Below are positions 8,139 to 15,621 of a stretch of 64,000 nt of DNA, piece after piece (position 1 is the first letter of the stretch; every line of letters begins with the position of its first letter). The notes beneath the pieces were generated by a model. It did no database searches. It saw nothing but the letters and a program-made list of their open reading frames with translations, and had not been told where the DNA came from. The position numbers and the translations under genes were made by a program. Source of the DNA: a virus (lineage: Duplodnaviria > Caudoviricetes); the IMG/VR virus record IMGVR_UViG_3300038379_000133, positions 800-64,799 of that record; one strand, written 5' to 3'.

Positions 8139-8936
8139 TCAGGTCACCTCCCGCGTCACGATCATGTGGGCGAGCACGTGCTCGCCAGTTTCCGCTGCGC
8201 GAGTCGCCGCGGCCAAAATGTCCGGGCCGCGCAACGACGCCCATGCGCGCATGCCCCGCGCACGATCGCGAGCACGATCGCTACCGCGCGTTTGCGCGGC
8301 GTGCTCAGCGGCGCGCAGCGCGCGCCGCGCCTCGCGCGTCGGGTAGATCGCGTCGTCGCCGACGGCGATCCCGACCACGATCCGCCGGCCGCGCCGGCCG
8401 TCCTGGATCGTTGTCTTGCGCTCATGGACTTCGTGCCCATGACCACGCGCCGCGCGCTCGATCACGTCGCGCATTTCGTGGATCACCGCGATGTCGTTCG
8501 TCGAGACAACGAGATCGTCCGCGTACCGGGTGTACACGCCGCGCCCGGCGAGCGCCGACACGATCTCGGCGTCGAGCCCCGACAGCGCGATGTTGCAGAT
8601 CGCCGGCGACGTCGGCAGCCCTTGGCGCGCTACGCCGCCGACGAAGCAGCGCGAGTCGACGTCGGGTACGAGCGCGCGGACCTGCGCTTCTGCGATCCGG
8701 TCGAAGCAATCGACCAGATCACACGATAGCGTCCAGCGGTAACCCACATGCGCTCGTGCGCATGTCACTGGCGATCTGCCAGGTGTGAACCCGTGCTGGA
8801 CGCCGTGGCGGTCGAGCGCCATCGCCGCCGCCGCGAGCCGCGGTACGAGCACGCGCAGCGCGCTGCGCTCATCGCGCGATGGCACGACCACTACGCGGTG
8901 GCGGCCGCGGCCTTTCTTGATGCGTAGTTCTCGCAT
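8139..8936 (-). CDS. Compact retron-type reverse transcriptase (about 265 aa)
   Basis: IKKGRG.HR (RT1), HGF..GRS...CARAH (NAxxH-like region X), DLVDCF, QGLPTSP, YTRYADD, RRIVVGIAV (VTG-like region Y); no maturase or endonuclease domain. Alternative start 8948. Confidence 0.92.
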   Translation of the reverse strand: MRELRIKKGRGRHRVVVVPSRDERSALRVLVPRLAAAAMALDRHGVQHGFTPGRSPVTCARAHVGYRWTLSCDLVDCFDRIAEAQVRALVPDVDSRCFVGGVARQGLPTSPAICNIALSGLDAEIVSALAGRGVYTRYADDLVVSTNDIAVIHEMRDVIERAARGHGHEVHERKTTIQDGRRGRRIVVGIAVGDDAIYPTREARRALRAAEHAAQTRGSDRARDRARGMRAWASLRGPDILAAATRAAETGEHVLAHMIVTREVT

Positions 8937-8938
8937 TA

Positions 8939-9190
8939 TCACACCCATGCGTGCGCCAGGAGCGCACCAAATAGCACATCGTGTCGCTCATCGAGGTCGC
9001 GCCGCGCCGCGGCTTCCGCCCGACGCGAGATGCCGCGTGCGTGCCGGACTGCTAGGCACCCGCCTTCGGCCGCCCACTCGGCGGTCTCTAGCGCGGCGTA
9101 GGCTGCGCTGCGCCGCGCCGCTGAGGCGCGCGCGCGGTGCAGCTTCCGCCGCGCGCGGCGCGACAGCTCGATGTGCGTGATGCTGGTCAT
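8939..9190 (-). CDS. Hypothetical Arg/Ala-rich protein directly upstream of the RT
   Basis: 83 aa; ATGA overlap with the upstream gene; stop 2 nt before RT ATG 8936. Confidence 0.6.
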   Translation of the reverse strand: MTSITHIELSRRARRKLHRARASAARRSAAYAALETAEWAAEGGCLAVRHARGISRRAEAAARRDLDERHDVLFGALLAHAWV

Positions 9191-9399
9191 CCCTCAGCGC
9201 CTTCCTCGCACTCGGCGCATTCGGTCGAGTCGGATACCGCCGAGAGTACGTGCCCGCGGCGGCGGCAAAACGCCTCGGGCCCGTAACACGCGGGGCAAAC
9301 GAGTTGGTCGGCGGCGACAAGCGGCCAGCCCATCGCCTCCTCCTCCGCTGTGCATGTGGTTGCACAGACGCTACAGCGGAGGGGCGGTTTCGATTCCAT
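9187..9399 (-). CDS. Small Cys-rich (Zn-finger-like) protein
   Basis: MESKPPLRCSVC...CPAC...C..H...CAEC; GAGGAG RBS. Confidence 0.65.
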   Translation of the reverse strand: MESKPPLRCSVCATTCTAEEEAMGWPLVAADQLVCPACYGPEAFCRRRGHVLSAVSDSTECAECEEGAEG

Positions 9400-9403
9400 C
9401 GTT

Positions 9404-9655
9404 CTACTCCTCGTCCGGCGCGTACCAGGTGTAACACACCACCGACGTCCCGCCGCGGCGGCGGGACACGCGGCGGTACTCGCGCCCCCCCTCGCACGCG
9501 CTGCGCGGCACGACGTACCACGCGTGTTGCGCCTCGCCCTCGCGGTTGTCGATGAACCCTTCCGCCGCGTAGCGGCGCGCCGCGGCGATCGCCTTCGCGA
9601 AGGATTTGTACACCTCACCGAATCCACGACGACCAGACTGATTGACATAATACAT
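9404..9655 (-). CDS. Hypothetical protein
   Basis: 83 aa with AAGGAG RBS directly after the recombinase stop. Confidence 0.7.
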   Translation of the reverse strand: MYYVNQSGRRGFGEVYKSFAKAIAAARRYAAEGFIDNREGEAQHAWYVVPRSACEGGREYRRVSRRRGGTSVVCYTWYAPDEE

Positions 9656-9670
9656 AGTATTTCTCCTTGG

Positions 9671-10510
9671 TTAGTCGAGCGTATCCAGCGCCGATCGGAG
9701 GCGCTCGACGGGCCGCCGATCGTACCGCGCAGTCGTCGCCGGGCGTGAGTGCCCGAGCATTTTCTGCGCGGTCGCCAAATCGCTCGCAGTGATCACGTCA
9801 CCGGCGAGCGTCCTGCGGAAATCGTGCGGCGAGCACGCCGCCACGCCGGCGCGCTCGCACAGCACCGCGAGCCACGCGTGCAGACCCTGGCGGGTCATGC
9901 GGCCGCGCGGCGACCCATCGGCGCGTACCGACGGGAACAGCGGCCCCGCCTCGAGCCCGCGCACGGCGACCCACGACGCGATCGCCGCGGCCGCGCGCGC
10001 CGCGAGCGGAACCTCGCGCGAGACGCGGCCCTTCGCGACCAGGCGCACGAGCTTGCGCTCGAGATCGACGTCGCCGACGTCGAGCGCGCAAATTTCGCTT
10101 GCGCGAAGCCCGGTCGCGCGCGCAAAAGCGAGCAGCGCGACGTCGCGCGCGGCGATCGCCGCGTTCGGGTGCTGCGCCGCGGCGGCCGCGAGCGCGGCGC
10201 GTTCAGCGGCTGTGATCTCGCGGCCGGCCGGCGCTTCGCGTCGACCCGACACGCGGGCCTCCGCGAGCGCGCGGATGGTCGCCGGCGCGGCAATCCCTTC
10301 GAGGCGCTCGAGCTCGCCGCGCACGAGCGCGAGCGTGAGCCGCGCCGTCGACGGCGCGTAGCGCTCGACGAGCGCGGCGACGAGCGCGCGCACGTCGCTC
10401 GCCGTCATCGCCGCGATCGACTCGACCGGGCGGTCGAGAATCCGCGCCGCGCGCTCGAGCGCCTCACGCGTCGTGAGCGACGTGCGCGTGCTATTTGATC
10501 CGCTCAGCAT
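9671..10510 (-). CDS. Tyrosine recombinase (XerC/integrase family)
   Basis: Catalytic set R (GLRASE), K (KGR), H-x-x-R (PHDFRR), H (LGHS), Y (TTARYD); 279 aa, no arm-binding domain. Confidence 0.93.
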   Translation of the reverse strand: MLSGSNSTRTSLTTREALERAARILDRPVESIAAMTASDVRALVAALVERYAPSTARLTLALVRGELERLEGIAAPATIRALAEARVSGRREAPAGREITAAERAALAAAAAQHPNAAIAARDVALLAFARATGLRASEICALDVGDVDLERKLVRLVAKGRVSREVPLAARAAAAIASWVAVRGLEAGPLFPSVRADGSPRGRMTRQGLHAWLAVLCERAGVAACSPHDFRRTLAGDVITASDLATAQKMLGHSRPATTARYDRRPVERLRSALDTLD

Positions 10511-10760
10511 GATCTAGGGTAAAGCACGCTGCATGCCAGCACAAACACGCACGTATCTGCGCGAAGTCACTATGACGCGACGCGGTATGCCATATATAGC
10601 AAATGAACGCGATCGTTCACGCGATGAACGTTGGAAGTACGCGCCATCACACGTGTTTTCGTGCCGATCCAAGCGCAAAAGCGTTAACGCGCGTTCACTT
10701 GTTCAAGAGTTGTACTTACAGTGTGGGCGGAATCTTATGACAGAAGTGAAATTTAAAAAA

Positions 10761-10810
10761 TGACCATATATGTATGGTCACATATGGTCACATATGGTCA
10801 TGTATGGTCA
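10761..10810. repeat. Iteron-like array: four direct 10-bp YRTATGGTCA units plus one inverted copy
   Basis: TGTATGGTCA, CATATGGTCA, CATATGGTCA, TGTATGGTCA at 10771-10810; inverted TGACCATA at 10761-10768; abuts AT tract 10746-10760. Confidence 0.9.
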
Positions 10811-10835
10811 TTTCGCGACGAGCTGAACCGTCGTC

Positions 10836-10871
10836 GCCCTCGCCGCCGCCCTCGCCGCCGCCCTCGCCGCC
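10836..10871. repeat. 3 x 12-bp tandem repeat GCCCTCGCCGCC
   Basis: Read directly from sequence. Confidence 0.85.
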
Positions 10872-10916
10872 GCCTGGGTGCACCCGCTCCAGGCCGCCCT
10901 CGAGCCGCCGCTGGCT

Positions 10917-10948
10917 CTACTTGACATTACGCCTTTTAGGTCAAGTAG
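10917..10948. promoter_or_regulatory. 9-bp inverted repeat containing back-to-back TTGAC (-35-like) hexamers; candidate operator
   Basis: CTACTTGAC-N14-GTCAAGTAG in the divergent control region. Confidence 0.5.
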
Positions 10949-11230
10949 CGTCGGGCGGAATTTTCCGCTCTGATTGGCGCTTGCCTACCACGGGGTTGCC
11001 CGGCTATGCCGGAGGCGCGGAGGAGGTAACCTCGCGATCCGCATGCGGATGCACCCAACGCCGTACGCACGGGCACGACCAATGTCAACGCATAGGTGCT
11101 CACACGCTGCGCTTGACCTAACGCGAGCCAGCTGTTGGCGCTAAGACGCTGGGCGCTCTCCTGACCTGATGCTCGCTCGTTACTGGTAGTCAGCGGAGAG
11201 CGCCTCAAAGGAAAGCGGGTCACCCCCGGG

Positions 11231-11320
11231 CGTTCCCAGGCGTTCCCAGGCGTTCCCGGGCGTTCCCAGGCGTTCCCAGGCGTTCCCAGGCGTTCCCAGG
11301 CGTTCCCAGGCGTTCCCAGG
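11231..11320. repeat. 9 x 10-bp tandem repeat CGTTCCC(A/G)GG
   Basis: Eight CGTTCCCAGG and one CGTTCCCGGG, with partial units on both flanks. Confidence 0.95.
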
Positions 11321-11664
11321 CGCCAGGTTTAACTCCTGGTATGTTTGCCCGCGAAACCGTGACTACCCGGTCACTGTTTTGTGGTCCAACCCTAGTAATC
11401 GCCAACGGTTATGCGCAGCACCGGAGCCGTTGCAAATCGTGACGACTCGGTCACGTTATACGCGGATCTCTTGTCCTCGCGCGGCGTTGCTCGAGTATTG
11501 GTGTAGTGCGATGCGCGCGCACCTCGACAGCGCGATGCGCGTACGACCGCAACATATGGTCTTGATTAGCGTTCTGGCTGCCACTGGTTTTGTTCTTGAC
11601 AATTCCGCGCAAGACTCGCTTGGCTGACAGGATCGTGCCGAGTTACGGACAGAGGCGACTTGGG

Positions 11665-12900
11665 ATGACGATGCGCGTACGCGTGCTGCGCTCGTTGTTC
11701 GCGATGTGCGGGCGTGTGTGCGAGGAGCCATTGCGTGCGGAGATCGAGCGATGGTGGCCGATCGTGACGACCGCAGGGCGGAAACAGACGGAGAAGTCGC
11801 TTGCTCGCAGGCGCGCGGACGTCGAAGCCGTAGTCGATGGCGCGCTCAAGGCGCTCGAAGGCGCAGAGGCGGCCACAGGTGGGGAGAGAGAACGCAGGCG
11901 AGAGGTGATCGCGCGCGGGTTACAGCGAGCATCGAGGCGCCTAGTGTGTGATCCGAAGAGGCTTGCTAAAAAGCTCTGGCGTTGGGGCGCCGAGTGGCTC
12001 GGCGAGATCAAGCCTGAGAGTGACCTAGATGGCGGTCCTGGTTGGACGCAAGAGGACTACGAGCAGCTCGAGGCTCGGGAAGCGTACGAGCAGCGCTGTG
12101 CAGCGGATCGGAGAGGCGAAGAGGACTGGCCTGCGACAGCGGTAGCCGCGACAGGCCAGGAGACAGTGAGCGATGGCGGAGAGCCACGGCCTCGAGGGGA
12201 GCTCACCGCACCAAAGCACCTCGTCGGCAAACGGTGGGGCACCAAGCACGACTACGCATGGGCGCTGGGCCCGATAGGCTGGGTGCCTGATCCGAGAGTC
12301 AAGCGCACGACGGCATGGGAGCAGCGCGGTCGACGCTACGACGACCCCGAGGTACGGCGCAGCGTCGTTGCGCGCTTCGAGGCTGTCGCACGAGCGATAT
12401 GTGTCAAAGGCAAGGTCACGGACATTCCTGGCAGGAAGCTCCTCTGGCGAGCGGCCTGGTCCGAAGGCTGCCCGATGTGCGGAGGTCGCGGCGGCTGGTG
12501 GATGGATGTGCTGCTGGTGCTCCGGTGCTGGCACCGAGGCTGCCCCGCCGAGATGGGCACCGGCGGAGCCGCACCGGCTATCTGGCTGAGAGCGCGCCCT
12601 GAGGTTGCAGCCCTGGCGCCGGACACGATGAAGAGGCAGCAGGCAGAGGGCCGTAGGGCCAGGCCGCACCGAGGGCCGCGCGCCCATGAGCAGGACGCGA
12701 AGAAGATAGCAGAAGAATGGACCCGCCGCACGCTGGCCGCAGGAGCGCCAGTATCAAAAGAGATAATTGAAAACCTCGTGAGACGCATGCAGCTCCGCAG
12801 AGAGGAAGGCGAGGACGCAGGAACGGATCACGGGATATCGGATCTGTCCTTGGGTCGCCTAAGTTCGCTGGAGCGTTATGCTTTGTCGTGGGTCCTGCTT
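11665..12900 (+). CDS. Large hypothetical early protein with Zn-finger (CPMC...C..C); 3' end uncertain
   Basis: 5' part of the 945-codon ORF 11590-14427; AGAGG RBS before ATG 11665; protein-like only to about 12900 although no stop occurs in frame. Confidence 0.55.
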
Positions 12901-13316
12901 TGGCGCCCGCGCTGGTTGTCGCGCACACTGCGACGGCTCGGGCGCGCTATGCGGCTCCGTCGCATCACGCAGTCACTGGGATCGCGCGGGGGGGTGGGCG
13001 TGGTCTGGGCGCGCTCGTCCCGGTCTGTGCGGCTCAGGTTGGGGCGTGCCTTCACACACAGGTTTTCAAGAATCTCCTTTGTCCCGGCTAGGTTGTCCGC
13101 TGCGTGCGGGGGTTTTGCGCGCCTTGCCGCGCGGCTTTGGGGGGCTGCGGAGGCGCTGCGTGATGGGGCCTGGCTGCGCCGACGGGGGGTCGCGGCGGGG
13201 TTGCTGCGGGGGCCGCCTGTGGGGCGTGGTGGCGGCGGTGCTGGGGTGGGAGAGCCGGTTCGCAGCGGGGGAGCTAGCGGAGCTCTGGCTGTGTGTGTGG
13301 CGCTCGGGGGGGCCAG

Positions 13317-13359
13317 TGGATCCAAGTTAGCAAATGAAACACTTGACAACTTGGATCCA
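13317..13359. promoter_or_regulatory. Perfect 12-bp inverted repeat overlapping a TTGACA
   Basis: TGGATCCAAGTT-N19-AACTTGGATCCA; TTGACA at 13343-13348; lies upstream of the gene at 13406. Confidence 0.55.
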
Positions 13360-13405
13360 ATCAAGGAAGCGCTGGTTAGTGGTGAGCAACGCGGTGGAGG
13401 TCGTG

Positions 13406-13735
13406 ATGGCGCGGCGGCGCAAGAAAGTGGATCCCGACGACGTGGCGTCGACGATGGTGCGGGTGACGCGCGACACTCGGGAGTTTCTCGAGCTCATCCA
13501 GAAGGAGACCTATCACGCGACGGCGATGCGCGTGCCGTTGTCGGTGATCCTCGAGGCGTGCGTGATGTACGCGGGGGACACGATTCGGCTAAACCTGCGA
13601 TATGGCGGGAGGGAGGCGATCGAGGTGAACGAGGTCTTCTATCGGATGCCGTATCGCGTCCGGGCAAACCAGCGGGCGCAGAAAGCGGGTTTGCCGCCGA
13701 TCGACATCTACCCGGACACGCCGGACGGCAGGTAG
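13406..13735 (+). CDS. Small basic protein, probable DNA-binding regulator (RHH-like start)
   Basis: GGAGG RBS; MARRRKKVDPDDVASTMVRVTRDTREFLELIQ; nested in another frame within the 945-codon ORF. Confidence 0.7.
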   Translation: MARRRKKVDPDDVASTMVRVTRDTREFLELIQKETYHATAMRVPLSVILEACVMYAGDTIRLNLRYGGREAIEVNEVFYRMPYRVRANQRAQKAGLPPIDIYPDTPDGR

Positions 13736-13746
13736 AGCGCGACGAC

Positions 13747-14427
13747 ATGGGGAGGCGCGGGCTGTGGTTGTCGGACGAGTTATGGGCCGAGATCGAGCAA
13801 GCATCAGGAGAGGAGGATCCGCGGGACGTAGCGCGAGAGGTGTTGGCGGCCTGGGCGCGACGCAAAGCGAGGAGGTCGACACCTGCTAACGTGACACCGG
13901 TCGAGGTCGAGGAGCGCTACATGAATTGGCGCGCGACGAGCGACGCGGTGAAGCCTGACACGCGTGAACGACTCGATGCCGTGATGAAAGCAGCAGGTGG
14001 TTGGTTCAGATCCTGGCCGCAGCGCTACATCGCCAAACACGTTGTTCGCGAGCTGCACGAGCTGGTGAGAGACTTCCCGGACATCGCCGAGTGGCGGAGA
14101 CTCGGCGAGTGGATGAACAAAAATAGCGGTGCGAACGGCACCCGCTGGCTCAAGCAAGGAGCACCCGGTCCAGAATCGTTTGTCAACCTGTGCAGATCAT
14201 GGTTCTACAATGCCGAGATGTTCGCTGAGCAGCGCGAGTCAGCGCGCGAGACGCAACGTCAGCTAGCGCCTAGGCCGGCTGAGGCGCCAAGGAGCGTCAT
14301 GCGCTTCAAGAAAGAAGAACACGAGTGGTGGGAAGGACGCACGCAGAAGGAGATCCTTGCGATTGTCATGGGGCCAAGATGGGCGCGTGAGCAGGGGATC
14401 CCGTACTACGGGAAGGAAAAAGAGTAG
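13747..14427 (+). CDS. Hypothetical protein (3' part of the 945-codon ORF, probably a separate gene)
   Basis: ATG 12 nt after the 13735 stop; sequence is protein-like from MGRRGLWLSDELW onward. Confidence 0.65.
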   Translation: MGRRGLWLSDELWAEIEQASGEEDPRDVAREVLAAWARRKARRSTPANVTPVEVEERYMNWRATSDAVKPDTRERLDAVMKAAGGWFRSWPQRYIAKHVVRELHELVRDFPDIAEWRRLGEWMNKNSGANGTRWLKQGAPGPESFVNLCRSWFYNAEMFAEQRESARETQRQLAPRPAEAPRSVMRFKKEEHEWWEGRTQKEILAIVMGPRWAREQGIPYYGKEKE

Positions 14428-14465
14428 AGACTCACAACGGCGCGGACTAGGAGGCGCAGGAGACG

Positions 14466-14897
14466 ATGAAAAAAGTCGCTGCTAACAAGGACAAGCGAGG
14501 CAAGGACAAGCAGGATAAGGCAGGGAAGCTCACCAGGCTGCCTACAGAGCTGCAGGTAGCGTGCTGGCGCCCGATCCAGGTGGCGCAGATCAAGCGATTA
14601 GGTAGCCTCTCGCGCGAGATCGCGTACGCCTGGCGCGTTGACCCCGTCGCGCTCGACGCGCCTCGTCACTGGCCGTCGGCGACCCTAGCGCTCGTCGATC
14701 TGTTGCTCTCGACCACATCGACGCTGCTCCCGACGCGAGACACGGACATCAAGCAGGTGCTGCTCGCGATCCGCAAGCACAAGCAACACCGCTATGTGTT
14801 GCAAGGCAACATAGCCGAGGAGGACATCGATCGGATCGCTAGGCGCGCTAGGATCAAATCTAGCGAGATCGCCCACGCTGTCTACGTGCAGCGATGA
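14466..14897 (+). CDS. Hypothetical protein
   Basis: GGAG RBS; ATGA-coupled to the next gene. Confidence 0.7.
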   Translation: MKKVAANKDKRGKDKQDKAGKLTRLPTELQVACWRPIQVAQIKRLGSLSREIAYAWRVDPVALDAPRHWPSATLALVDLLLSTTSTLLPTRDTDIKQVLLAIRKHKQHRYVLQGNIAEEDIDRIARRARIKSSEIAHAVYVQR

Positions 14898-15136
14898 CAG
14901 CGAACCAGCGAGATGACGAGATCGGGGATCTCGAGCGAGCTGCGCGCGATGCTGACCTCGAGCTATCAGCAGCGTACAGGAGAGCCTATCGTGCTCTCGT
15001 AGCTGCAGTCGAGGTAGGGCATATCACGACCGAATGTCACCTAGCAGTCGAAGCTGTGCAGCGAGCGACACGAGCGCACGAGGACGTGATGGACATGCTG
15101 TCGAGTCTCGAGGAGGAGGAGGATGTCGCGTGGTGA
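14894..15136 (+). CDS. Hypothetical helical protein
   Basis: Overlapping start/stop chain. Confidence 0.65.
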   Translation: MTANQRDDEIGDLERAARDADLELSAAYRRAYRALVAAVEVGHITTECHLAVEAVQRATRAHEDVMDMLSSLEEEEDVAW

Positions 15137-15621
15137 CCGTAGACGTGGATGTTAAGCAAATACGTGCGTGGCTTCAGCAGTGCGAGTCAGAGATGAACGC
15201 ATCGCTTGCGCAGCCTCTGTCAGACATCCGTCGGACGCTCGAGCGCTTGCTTGTTAGCGCGGTGCAGCTCGTGTGCTCTGAATGGAGCGGTCCGCCGATT
15301 GAGATAGCAGGCGCGACGTACTCTCTTGGCAAGACCGAGGTCTGTCGCTGGCCTGAGTCGCCAGGCGAGATGTCGAGTCGCAGCGAAGCGCGGTGTGTCG
15401 TCATGGCTAGAGAGCGTGCGCGCTACGCTATTCCTAGCGCCGAGATGGGCGCTGAGCAAGTCAAGCGCTTCATCTCTGACCTACCGGCCATTCTCGATGT
15501 GCTGCGCGAACGAGGCGCAAAAGAGAGACAGGACATCATTGCGCAATGTCGCGGTCTCGCGCGTGCAGTCGAGTGCCACACCGATGAGATGCGGCAAATG
15601 CATCGCCGGATCGCACGATGA
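15130..15621 (+). CDS. Hypothetical protein
   Basis: GTG start after GGAGG; ATGA overlap with the MTase. Confidence 0.65.
   Translation: MVTVDVDVKQIRAWLQQCESEMNASLAQPLSDIRRTLERLLVSAVQLVCSEWSGPPIEIAGATYSLGKTEVCRWPESPGEMSSRSEARCVVMARERARYAIPSAEMGAEQVKRFISDLPAILDVLRERGAKERQDIIAQCRGLARAVECHTDEMRQMHRRIAR

Noticed and set aside
8139-8948. RT as part of a diversity-generating retroelement
   Set aside because: Motif is QGLPTSP rather than the DGR-type GxxxSQ; no Avd-like gene and no TR/VR pair differing at adenines was seen.
7892-8948. Group II intron
   Set aside because: RT is too short, lacks maturase/endonuclease domains, and no domain V/VI consensus follows it.
9600-10600. attP/attL core next to the recombinase
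   Set aside because: No tRNA 3' fragment or duplicated core could be identified nearby within the window.
10836-10871. GCCCTCGCCGCC repeat as a functional site
   Set aside because: Low-complexity GCC-rich slippage sequence; listed as a repeat but no evidence for function.
11231-11320. CRISPR array (also 10771-10810)
   Set aside because: Units are 10 bp and contiguous with no spacers; no cas genes.
11220-11405. ORF with WERLGTPGNA repeats
   Set aside because: Peptide repeat is a by-product of the 10-bp DNA array; no RBS or coding context.
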